Positions 9,334 through 17,416 of a DNA stretch of 64,000 nucleotides are shown here, piece after piece. The notes under the pieces were generated by a model. That model was not told the origin of the DNA. It ran no database searches and saw only the letters and a list, made by a program, of their open reading frames with translations. The position numbers and the translations under genes are program-made. Location of the stretch: NCBI GenBank assembly GCA_000002435.2, contig CM018792.1; one strand, written 5' to 3'. Within the stretch, counting starts at the first letter, position 1, and the number at the start of each line of letters is the position of its first letter. This DNA comes from Giardia intestinalis. Its lineage: Eukaryota.

Positions 9334-10305
9334 TTATAATTGGCTTGTTCCGCAGAGAACTATGGTCCATGCCCAGGCCTGTTGTTCTGCCTGGTCCGGT
9401 GAAAGATAGTAAAGGACGGGCATGTGGCTTCCAAATATAAGCCGACGGAGCCCCGTATGTTTCAGCCATTTCATCCTATCTTTAATAGAACTGTTTATGT
9501 CCTCTACAAGATTGCTGAGAAATTGATCTGCATCCGCAGACTTACTACCATTTATCCCCTTTCCAGACTGTTGATTACGAAGAGTATACAGTCTAGGAGA
9601 TTTGTCTCGGAAAACGTCGTAAAGAGTCCAGCCGCACATGCCTCCAGTGAACGCCCCTCCAAAGAAGGAGCCCAGAAGGCAAGCACCAGCGATAGCCAGC
9701 TCATTAATATTGTTGGCGTGAACCAGGGCGAGAATAGCCAGAGAAAAACACCATACAGAATGGATGCAGAGAACCAACAAAGACACAACGAAAGGCAGCA
9801 TGTTTCGGAGACCGATAGGCAGCCCGACCCACGGACAATAATGATCCAAGGCAACAATGCATTCATCTGTTTCTTCACAATGGTCAGTTTCTGGAGGGAG
9901 CGTTAGGTTGCAGACAGCGCATGTAGATGTCTCAAACACAATTCCAGCGGCTTGGAAAATCACTCCTGTCCGTGCACGCATGGGCGCTTCCGTGCCACTC
10001 TCTGCCTCATCTGACCGGCAGCCACGAGGAAGTCGGCCCGGATCGATAAAAATCAGGCGAAGCCATAGTAGAATCGACAGACCATATGTGAGACTGGTTA
10101 TAGTGTAGCTTATCCACGGGTGTATTGCTCGGGACGTTACTGGGAGGACGTATGCGAACTCTGCCATTGAAAACCCTGTAATTAGCAGTCCAGACAGAAG
10201 CGTACGTCGTAGAGCACGCGGTGATATTGTAACTGCGGGCGGGCCGGGTCGATTGTCACAAAAGGCCCCTCTCTCACGAAGCATTTTACTACCATTCTTT
10301 AACAT
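9334..10305 (-). CDS. DHHC-type zinc-finger palmitoyltransferase with non-canonical DHYC active site
   Basis: Cys-rich domain CAVCNLTLPPETDHCEETDECIVALDHYCPWVGLPIGLRNM fits C-x2-C-x9-HC-x2-C-x4-DHHC-x5-C, with variations DHC and DHYC. Flanked by 4 predicted TM helices. Confidence 0.65.
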   Translation of the reverse strand: MLKNGSKMLRERGAFCDNRPGPPAVTISPRALRRTLLSGLLITGFSMAEFAYVLPVTSRAIHPWISYTITSLTYGLSILLWLRLIFIDPGRLPRGCRSDEAESGTEAPMRARTGVIFQAAGIVFETSTCAVCNLTLPPETDHCEETDECIVALDHYCPWVGLPIGLRNMLPFVVSLLVLCIHSVWCFSLAILALVHANNINELAIAGACLLGSFFGGAFTGGMCGWTLYDVFRDKSPRLYTLRNQQSGKGINGSKSADADQFLSNLVEDINSSIKDRMKWLKHTGLRRLIFGSHMPVLYYLSPDQAEQQAWAWTIVLCGTSQL

Positions 10306-10330
10306 TTAATGGGTGGTAAGTAGGCAGTCG

Positions 10331-10816
10331 TTAGAGCCTATCTGGAACCAAGGTAAGTGTTCCGTCCTTTGAAATGCAATAGTGCCGATTCTTAAATCTA
10401 GGTTCGCAATGAACTTGCTGTACATTAGGAACTACGCAGCATTCTCTAAGGTCCTTAGCGGAAACATTTTGACGGAGAAAGGCTTGCGAGTATGAGCGTA
10501 TGGCTCTTACCGAAGCCGGACGAGCTGCATAGGGAATAGCCTCTATTTCAGCCAGCAAACACTCTTCAAGATCTTCCAGAAGACGTATGGCCGTAATTCT
10601 ATGGCCCCTTCGCAGTTCACTTGTAAGCCTTTGCACATCATAGTCCTTGATATCAGCTGGTTTCAGGCTGCCGCTGAGTGCACCATTGTCAGTGAGAACA
10701 GTTGTCGGCAAGCTCAGCACATCCTTTTCCGTCTTTGCTAGTCGGCATATCCGTGCAATCAAGCGTACATGCCCCTGGTCCGCATAGATCTCGTCGTAGA
10801 AGTGAGAACCAAACAT
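10331..10816 (-). CDS. hypothetical protein, 161 aa
   Basis: ORF with ATG at 10816 (track start 10819 is TTG). ATG preceded by GAATTAAAGTCTTTTG. No domain recognised. Confidence 0.45.
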   Translation of the reverse strand: MFGSHFYDEIYADQGHVRLIARICRLAKTEKDVLSLPTTVLTDNGALSGSLKPADIKDYDVQRLTSELRRGHRITAIRLLEDLEECLLAEIEAIPYAARPASVRAIRSYSQAFLRQNVSAKDLRECCVVPNVQQVHCEPRFKNRHYCISKDGTLTLVPDRL

Positions 10817-10845
10817 CAAAAGACTTTAATTCACATGCTCTAGGG

Positions 10846-11328
10846 TCACAAGTCGTCTATTTCGTCGCTGTCAATGCTGTCTTCTTTGTCGTCAGCCTCC
10901 ACGTTGTCACTATCGGCCTTTCCAGTTCGCTGGGCGTCCTTTTGGTCGACTCTAAACACCTCTACCTCCCTATCCAAGATTTCATCCAAGTCTACAGTTA
11001 TCTCGCCATACTTTTTCAGCTCCTTGACCTCATCAGGCTGATACTTGTGCACAATGTCTGCATCTGTCTCTGTACTAAACTCCCTGAGAGACACCAAAAC
11101 CAAGTCTCCAGCATGCATCATCACTCTGCGCTTCTTAAGAGCCCCACGCAGGTGGCATCGGCGGCGGATCCCATCGAGACAATAGATCGTGTAGTATCCG
11201 CATCCCAGAACCTTAGTGCAGACGCCGTAGACCTCGCTTTCGCCTTTATAAACGAGGTCGCGCGCAAGGCTGTCGGTGTTAGCCTTCTTCTTGTAGGATT
11301 TTCCACCTGTCTTCGGCTTGGCAGGCAT
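10846..11328 (-). CDS. eIF1A: translation initiation factor eIF-1A
   Basis: MPAKPKTGGKSYKKK...LVYKGESEVYGVCTKVLGCGYYTIYCLDGIRRRCHLRGALKKRRVMMHAGDLVLVSLREF matches the eIF1A OB-fold core (RELVFKEDGQEYAQV.KMLGNGR.EA.CFDG.KRLCHIRGKLRKKVW...DIILV.LRDY). Acidic C-terminal tail ending DDL. Confidence 0.9.
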   Translation of the reverse strand: MPAKPKTGGKSYKKKANTDSLARDLVYKGESEVYGVCTKVLGCGYYTIYCLDGIRRRCHLRGALKKRRVMMHAGDLVLVSLREFSTETDADIVHKYQPDEVKELKKYGEITVDLDEILDREVEVFRVDQKDAQRTGKADSDNVEADDKEDSIDSDEIDDL

Positions 11329-11377
11329 TTATTTCAAAAAAGAAGGCACATAGATCTTTAAATCAATTGGTTGCCGA
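11329..11377. promoter_or_regulatory. 49-bp A/T-rich divergent spacer between eIF1A and NAA10 (putative bidirectional promoter)
   Basis: ttatttcaaaaaagaaggcacatagatctttaaatcaattggttgccga. Abuts ATGs on both strands. Confidence 0.4.
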
Positions 11378-12022
11378 ATGTTTTCTATCCGCAGAGCCAC
11401 GTGCGGAGACTTTCTGGAGATCCAGAAATGTAACCTTACATGCCTCCCAGAAAACTACCCGATAAAGTACTTCCTTCAGCACCATCTCAAGTGGCCCCAA
11501 TTGACCTACGTCTGTAGCGTTGCCGGAAAAGTTGTCGGGTACGTCATGGGTAAGATTGATGACGAAGATAACCCAAAGCAGGCTCACGGGCACATAACTT
11601 CTGTGGCGGTGCACCGCGATTACCGTGGAATGGGGATCGCAGAGGCACTAATGCAGCAGGTCCTCCAAGAGATGCGGACGACATATGGTCTTCCATCATG
11701 CAAGCTCAATGTGCGCGTCTCAAACGCGGGTGCTCAGCATGTCTATAAAGACATGTTGGGCTTTGAGCTGGAGCGGCTCGACGAGGGGTACTTCCAAGAT
11801 AAAGAAGACTCCCAGTTTCTCAATTGTGACTTTACGAAGCCCGAGGTGCTCGCTAAGTTACGGCCTATCATTGGGTGTCTGGATGAACTAGACGATTCAG
11901 AGGAGGATATCTCCATTTCGATCAACGGAAAGCCGGTTATTACCAAAGAGTCGTGCAAGATCCAAATAAAGAACCTGTTACAGGATGACCAGCCCTTGTC
12001 CTCGGCAGTTGAGGAGATGTGA
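11378..12022 (+). CDS. NAA10: N-alpha-acetyltransferase catalytic subunit (NatA Naa10/ARD1-like, GNAT fold)
   Basis: CNLTCLPENYPIKYFLQHHLKWPQLTYV...GKVVGYVMGKIDDED...HGHITSVAVHRDYRGMGIAEALM aligns closely with Naa10 ([70 protein letters not shown]). Confidence 0.85.
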   Translation: MFSIRRATCGDFLEIQKCNLTCLPENYPIKYFLQHHLKWPQLTYVCSVAGKVVGYVMGKIDDEDNPKQAHGHITSVAVHRDYRGMGIAEALMQQVLQEMRTTYGLPSCKLNVRVSNAGAQHVYKDMLGFELERLDEGYFQDKEDSQFLNCDFTKPEVLAKLRPIIGCLDELDDSEEDISISINGKPVITKESCKIQIKNLLQDDQPLSSAVEEM

Positions 12023-12053
12023 CTTACTAGTCGGAGCTTGGTTGTAAATTCAC

Positions 12054-14021
12054 TTAAGGCTCCTTGTCATTGACCAGAACCATAAAGGCGTCGAGAAACT
12101 CCTTCGCCGTTTCTGCCGCCTGCTTAAACGTGTCTCCCACGCATTCAACATAGCACTTCACCTTCGGCTCGGTTCCTGAGGGGCGCAGGGTGCAGACAAT
12201 GTTATTGCTGCACCACATGGTGAGCATGGGAGTCTTGCTAAGTGGGAGATTAGGCTTGTTATCAATAGCTGAAGAACGTGTATCCCAGCCTGGCAGCTGA
12301 AGGTCTCTGACGTTCTTAACAGTGAAGCGGCCCACCGTTGTAATGTATCGATTTCCAGAACCGTTAGTAGCCACAAACGAGCCTTGCGCTCTGGGGTCAG
12401 AGATGAGCCTCGCGAAGAGACCGGCAACATCTTGCATGCTGGCAACCGATATGTTGCTGCAGGCCCAGGTGTATGACCCGTAACGGTCAGCAATTTGAAG
12501 AGAGTAATCCCAGAGAAGCATGTTCTCCTTGTCGTACTCTCCCTGATGCTCGTAGAGGTCTATGAGGAGCTCTGTTAGGACGCCTGCTGTGGCTATTCCG
12601 TCCTTATCGGTAACGACGCCGCCCACCGAATAACCTATACTTTCCTCATATGTGAAGCATGGTATGAGGCCACGACTACGTGCACTCTCGCTGAGGGTCC
12701 CGAGCCACTTGAACCCGGTAAGACACTCTTCGTAAACCACGTCCTTGTAGAAGCGACTCATAGCTTCAAGTGCCTTACTGGACACAGTGCTGTTGCTAAT
12801 GTAAAATTGCTGGCCGGGTGTGTAGCCACGCTCCTTGAGGACCTTAATCGTCAGCGGGTTATTGTGAAAGTTCTCCAAGCACCAGTTTGCGAGAATAAGG
12901 CCGATATCATTGCCGTGATAAATCTTCCACCTCTCGTCTAGCGTCGTTGCGTGCGGCTTGACCAGCTCGGCCACCGCAATGCGGTCTGCATCGGGATCTG
13001 TAGCAAGGATGACCTTGATGGGTGCCTGGTCATCTGCAATAGCAAGATTGTGACTGTTCATCTCCTCTGCACGTTGACACAGACGCACCATGTTGTGCCG
13101 CTCCTCTGGATTAGGCTTTGACTCCCCGCCGAAAAGAGGATCTGGCATGCACTCATCCTCGAAGAAGTAAAAACGAGAAAATATCGCATCCTTGGAGAAA
13201 CCGAATAGGCGCTCAAGTGTGTTGATGAGGGGGTCATAACCAACGCCCCACATGGCAGAATAACCTATGCGGAATGTCACCTTAGTATTGCGATTGTACT
13301 GACGGTAGAAGAACTTCATTATCTTCGCTTCCTCGCGATAAGCGTTCATAACTTCACTATCCTCCGTGATCATCGTGAGGAGCCCAGACCTAAGACCCTC
13401 CTTCAAGACATCTCCTGGTACTGCTGTCTCCTCCCAGGGAACCTCGACGTGCTTGCCACCAGAGAGACTGAGCTCATATATGCCTGCGTCATGTGGATCT
13501 ATAATCTGGATCCCGTGCCCAACGCCGTAGACCTTATAACCGTTATCCTTGCTAGGGTTGTGAGATGCCGTGACCATGACACCACATGCACACTTGTAGT
13601 ACTTATTGAGATAGCTCACATAGGGCGTCGGCGCAAATCCATCAAATAAATACACAGGGACATCCCTGGAGAGGAAAGTCGCAGCAGTTATCTCAGCGAA
13701 ATCCTTAGAGTGGAAGCGGGCGTCATATCCAAGCCCAACACCGCGCTTTTTCAACTCTGAGTCCCCATAAATGCGGAGACAATAATAATACATGGCCTGG
13801 GCTGTCTGCGTGACAACGAGCTCGTTGAGCTTTGTAAACCCGGCCCCGTAGGAAGCCCTCAATCCCGCCGTTCCGAATTGTACTCTATTTTCGGGATTAA
13901 AATCCCTGCAGATGCGTTCGTACTCTCCAGAGGCCAGAAGTTTGGATGCCTCCTCACGCGTCTCATTCCAGCGGTCGAGCTGAAGCCACTTGTCGATAAG
14001 ATCTCTTGCTCTCTCCTCCAT
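12054..14021 (-). CDS. phosphoglucomutase/phosphomannomutase-family protein (alpha-D-phosphohexomutase, PGM2-like)
   Basis: Active-site loop GVMVTASHNPSKDNGYKVY (TASHNP phosphoserine motif). GTAGLRASYG substrate loop. Metal-binding DPDADR (DxDxDR). Confidence 0.85.
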   Translation of the reverse strand: MEERARDLIDKWLQLDRWNETREEASKLLASGEYERICRDFNPENRVQFGTAGLRASYGAGFTKLNELVVTQTAQAMYYYCLRIYGDSELKKRGVGLGYDARFHSKDFAEITAATFLSRDVPVYLFDGFAPTPYVSYLNKYYKCACGVMVTASHNPSKDNGYKVYGVGHGIQIIDPHDAGIYELSLSGGKHVEVPWEETAVPGDVLKEGLRSGLLTMITEDSEVMNAYREEAKIMKFFYRQYNRNTKVTFRIGYSAMWGVGYDPLINTLERLFGFSKDAIFSRFYFFEDECMPDPLFGGESKPNPEERHNMVRLCQRAEEMNSHNLAIADDQAPIKVILATDPDADRIAVAELVKPHATTLDERWKIYHGNDIGLILANWCLENFHNNPLTIKVLKERGYTPGQQFYISNSTVSSKALEAMSRFYKDVVYEECLTGFKWLGTLSESARSRGLIPCFTYEESIGYSVGGVVTDKDGIATAGVLTELLIDLYEHQGEYDKENMLLWDYSLQIADRYGSYTWACSNISVASMQDVAGLFARLISDPRAQGSFVATNGSGNRYITTVGRFTVKNVRDLQLPGWDTRSSAIDNKPNLPLSKTPMLTMWCSNNIVCTLRPSGTEPKVKCYVECVGDTFKQAAETAKEFLDAFMVLVNDKEP

Positions 14022-14083
14022 CTACCTACAGTCTGGGCAGGGTTTTTTAAATCTGTGCTCCAGTAATTTTATTTTGAAGGCGT
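14022..14083. promoter_or_regulatory. 62-bp divergent spacer between the phosphohexomutase and Dus genes (putative bidirectional promoter)
   Basis: ctacctacagtctgggcagggttttttaaatctgtgctccagtaattttattttgaaggcgt. A/T-rich run directly upstream of ATG 14084. Confidence 0.4.
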
Positions 14084-15304
14084 ATGGACTACCGTGAATG
14101 GGTCAACAAGGGGGTCCCGCCTTGTAAAAACTGTCCACTCGAGAGTGTACAGGAACTCCCCGCAGACTTTCCTTTTTTCTCTGTCTCGGCCTTCAACGAT
14201 GCAGTCATCCAGCTTCGGTCCAGATTAGCGGAGACGCGATATTTTTCTGCTCCTATGACCCATGCATCTGGGGCCGCCTTTCGCCAGCTAATTCAGGGCC
14301 ATATGGCCGAGGAGAATGAACGGACGAAGTATACCGGCTTCACACAGATGTATACGGCCGATGCGCTGCTTCATAATTCTCCTCTTCGAGATGCCGTGCT
14401 GTCTACTGCAGCTCCAGGGGAGAAGATTATCCTACAGCTCTGTGGAAACAACCCATCTACCTTTCGTGCCGCTGCAGAACTCCTTCACGACTCCCCCATT
14501 GCTTCTCAACTTGTTGCACTGGACATCAACCTAGGCTGTCCCGCCTCGTGTGCTTCAAGCAAGGGCTATGGCTTTTACGTAGCTCAGAATTGGCCTCTTG
14601 TGCATCAGATAATTTCAGAGACGTCGTCAGCACGCCTATTCCCAGTCACTTGCAAGATTCGGCCGCTGAACTCTATAGAAAAGACCATAGATTACATGGT
14701 GCTCCTAGTAATGTCTGGTGCTTCTGGCATCACAATCCATATGCGCCATACGACTCGGCAAGGTAAGCACGCCCAGGCTGTACGACCTGCCTACCAAGAG
14801 TTTGAAGAGCTTGTTCGCGCATTCAGACAACGATTAGACACACTCTTCACTGGCCTGGGTGGATCTGAAACTGCACAAGAGAACCCACATGTCTACCCCG
14901 TTATAATTCTGAATGGCGGCATCAAGAACAGACAAGAAGCAGACCATTTACTAGCCACTTATCCTGCAGACGGCGTCATGCTGGGTGTTGGTCTGCTTAA
15001 GAATCCCGCCTGTCTTTTGAAAAATGCCCCCCAAATACCTGGGAAAAACAGGATTGCATTTTGGGTCAATGAGGCCCTGAAATACCTAGATCTTTGCGAA
15101 AGCTTGTCCCAGGAGAGCATAGGTCAAGAAAACCCACTGAAGGTTACCCCCATGGCAAGCCACAAAGAAATAATTGGGCACACCATGCGGCTTATGCAGA
15201 ATGTGTCTGCAAAACGCTTCAATGAACCGATCAATAGAGCAAAAAGTATCGCAGAGTTGAGGGAGTTTCTCACCAAGGTGTTGTGCGCTCAAGCATCCGA
15301 TTGA
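14084..15304 (+). CDS. tRNA-dihydrouridine synthase (Dus family, FMN TIM-barrel)
   Basis: APMTHASGAAFRQL, ILQLCGNNPSTFRAAAEL, LDINLGCPASCASSKGYGFYV, PVTCKIR, IILNGGIKNRQEADHLLATYPADGVMLGVGLLKNPACL follow the Dus pattern (APM..vtd.pFR.L, vQl.G.dP, iDiN.GCP......G.G..L, PVtvKiR, NGdI....a......gaDGVM.GRG.l.nP). Confidence 0.7.
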   Translation: MDYREWVNKGVPPCKNCPLESVQELPADFPFFSVSAFNDAVIQLRSRLAETRYFSAPMTHASGAAFRQLIQGHMAEENERTKYTGFTQMYTADALLHNSPLRDAVLSTAAPGEKIILQLCGNNPSTFRAAAELLHDSPIASQLVALDINLGCPASCASSKGYGFYVAQNWPLVHQIISETSSARLFPVTCKIRPLNSIEKTIDYMVLLVMSGASGITIHMRHTTRQGKHAQAVRPAYQEFEELVRAFRQRLDTLFTGLGGSETAQENPHVYPVIILNGGIKNRQEADHLLATYPADGVMLGVGLLKNPACLLKNAPQIPGKNRIAFWVNEALKYLDLCESLSQESIGQENPLKVTPMASHKEIIGHTMRLMQNVSAKRFNEPINRAKSIAELREFLTKVLCAQASD

Positions 15305-16296
15305 TTGTATTGGGGTCTATTCCCAAGGGCATCCTTATTCTTGTTGAAACGACTTCCGCCTCGGTTGTTTCTCGTAACGGGTCTAGCAGGACGGATAGGT
15401 TTGTGGTCCTTTAAAAGAGAAATGGAGAATAGCTGCTTATACCGTGCTCGAAGCTGGCACATCAGGACTTCAATGTACTCCGCCAGCGAATCAGGCATGT
15501 CGCCACTGGCATTCTTTGAGGCGCTTTTGAGGGCAGATCTGTCGACTGTGTTGAGTATATATGCATACATTAGCGCGCATTTGTTCTTCATCACGTCTAT
15601 GGCTCGATTGGACCGTTTTGTGGGGTCTGCTGGCAATATGATTTTAATTCCGGGAATCTCTGCATAGATCAGCAAGAAGCGAAAAGTGGCTATGACAGCA
15701 TGTGCCACAGAACACCGTGAGTGGGCGTGGAACAATGTAAAGCATGAGAAGAGCTCTTTTGGTGGGATCCCACTTGTCTTTCTTCCGGGTTCCTCGCTAT
15801 CTTCTAGAAGCAGAAAAAGCGCCCAGAGGGAGGGACAATTATAATAAGCGCACTGTGTGTCCTCCTTCTTGTTTGCATGCATGATGACGGAAGTGGCTGT
15901 AAGAGGTGGAAGGATAGGCATAAGGGCGGCATAGATGCCTGCAAATTCTCCACCATTCCAGCTTTCAGTGACTAAATAATTATACTTGGCAAGCAGATCG
16001 GCTATTCTAATGATGTCCTTCTTTTCTAACTCTTGGTTCACAGAGTCTTTATCAAACGCCTCCACCAGCACCTTTAGTTTTGCCGCAAAGACGGGGGTCA
16101 GCTGGTGAGTAGCATATTGCGGGTGGAGGCTGTGAACCAGTGTGCCTACCGAATCGAGGCCTTGAAGCCCCAGAGCAATCAGGACTGCCGACAATTCCTC
16201 AAGAGCCGCCACTGGCGCAATGGACACGCTCGGGCGACCATCTTCTACTGTCTGTAACGCGGCGATATCACTTTGGACATCTAGGGGCTCTGGCAT
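15289..16296 (-). CDS. hypothetical protein, about 335 aa, helical, C-terminal Arg/Gly/Asn-rich tail
   Basis: Start placed at ATG 16296 (MPEPLDV...), immediately preceded by AAAAGTTTATTAATTACT. Track start 16326 is also ATG but would overlap the divergent gene. 3' end overlaps the Dus gene by 16 nt. Confidence 0.5.
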   Translation of the reverse strand: MPEPLDVQSDIAALQTVEDGRPSVSIAPVAALEELSAVLIALGLQGLDSVGTLVHSLHPQYATHQLTPVFAAKLKVLVEAFDKDSVNQELEKKDIIRIADLLAKYNYLVTESWNGGEFAGIYAALMPILPPLTATSVIMHANKKEDTQCAYYNCPSLWALFLLLEDSEEPGRKTSGIPPKELFSCFTLFHAHSRCSVAHAVIATFRFLLIYAEIPGIKIILPADPTKRSNRAIDVMKNKCALMYAYILNTVDRSALKSASKNASGDMPDSLAEYIEVLMCQLRARYKQLFSISLLKDHKPIRPARPVTRNNRGGSRFNKNKDALGNRPQYNQSDA

Positions 16297-16324
16297 AGTA
16301 ATTAATAAACTTTTACTTCTGCCC
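16297..16324. promoter_or_regulatory. 28-bp A/T-rich bidirectional promoter candidate, adjacent to a CCATGG site
   Basis: agtaattaataaacttttacttctgccc lies between minus ATG 16296 and plus ATG 16325. CCATGG at 16323-16328 contains an ATG on both strands. Confidence 0.4.
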
Positions 16325-17416
16325 ATGGCTCTTGATCCCTATGGCGATCGGTGGTACAGGGATTTCACCGTACGAATACTCCCAGTTGAGTGGAAGGTTG
16401 CAAAGCAATCCAAGCAGAAGGGATTCGTAGAGCCTTTGGGTGTCGCGGCCCTGTGCTTTACCGAGGTAGCGACTGGAGAGACATTCAAGCTCTTTGAGTT
16501 TACTCTGGTCAGTTACACCAAGAAAGAGATCAACGTCTCTGGAATATCAGACTCTGGCATTCAGATAACCGTATCCATTTTTGCACGATCCCAGAACTAT
16601 AGCCAGCTGCTGGTTCTCCTAGAATGTCTCCAGTCTCGCGACAGTGATGCTTACTCAGCAGAGAGGATTCCTCCCGCGACGCTAGCCACCGACTCAACCC
16701 CAAGCAAATTCTTGAGCCACTACTTGACTAAAGCTGCTGCCGCTCTCGATACCCGGCCCTCTTGTGGTATTCCTGAGATCGAGCGTGACCGCTTTCTTGC
16801 CGTCATGCGACTCATTATTCGCAGGTGCAGTGCAACCAGCAATAAGCCACCAGATACAGCTATTGAGGCCGACGCAGAAGCCGGGGATGTAATGCTACTG
16901 CCTTCTAGAATAGAAGCCCACAGGAGACTGTTGGTTGAGATGGGAATATGCAACGATCTTTCTAATTCAGAGATGTCCCACATGCAGAAGCTGCAGGTTG
17001 GACTGCCTGATGTGGACCGAGAAGAAATACTGCTAGAGCTTGGAAAGGCGTATAAGCCTGCATATTTGCTCCCGAAAACAACGAAAACCAGTCATAGAGA
17101 CGAGCGCTATACTCAGCAATTAGAAGAAGTTATCAGGAATGCAGAGTCTCTTTGTAATGAGATAGACAACCAAGATAATAGTAACGGGACGGCGTGTGAG
17201 GTAGTGCGTAGCAACGCACGCCCCTGCGGCATGATAAACCTTTCAGATATGAGCGCGGTACACAGCGCTCGAGACCGTGACCACGATCCGGTAGGAGACA
17301 GGGCTGCCCTAGGTAGCAACCATGTGCCAGGTTCTGCAAAATTCATTAGGCGGCCAGTTATATCCACATTCAATGCGACAGTTGAAGAGATACCAGACCT
17401 GACTACTCCTCTTTAA
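16325..17416 (+). CDS. hypothetical protein, about 363 aa
   Basis: ORF in track from 16220. ATG 16325 (MALDPYGDRWYRD...) chosen because it directly follows the A/T-rich element. No domain recognised. 3' end overlaps the next gene by 14 nt. Confidence 0.5.
   Translation: MALDPYGDRWYRDFTVRILPVEWKVAKQSKQKGFVEPLGVAALCFTEVATGETFKLFEFTLVSYTKKEINVSGISDSGIQITVSIFARSQNYSQLLVLLECLQSRDSDAYSAERIPPATLATDSTPSKFLSHYLTKAAAALDTRPSCGIPEIERDRFLAVMRLIIRRCSATSNKPPDTAIEADAEAGDVMLLPSRIEAHRRLLVEMGICNDLSNSEMSHMQKLQVGLPDVDREEILLELGKAYKPAYLLPKTTKTSHRDERYTQQLEEVIRNAESLCNEIDNQDNSNGTACEVVRSNARPCGMINLSDMSAVHSARDRDHDPVGDRAALGSNHVPGSAKFIRRPVISTFNATVEEIPDLTTPL

Noticed and set aside
9424-9906. 160-aa plus-strand ORF
   Set aside because: It is antisense to the DHHC palmitoyltransferase, whose Cys-rich domain and TM helices give a far better coding signal.
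10702-11361. 219-aa plus-strand ORF
   Set aside because: It is antisense to the highly conserved eIF1A gene and the upstream hypothetical gene. It has low-complexity translation and spans two genes and their spacer.
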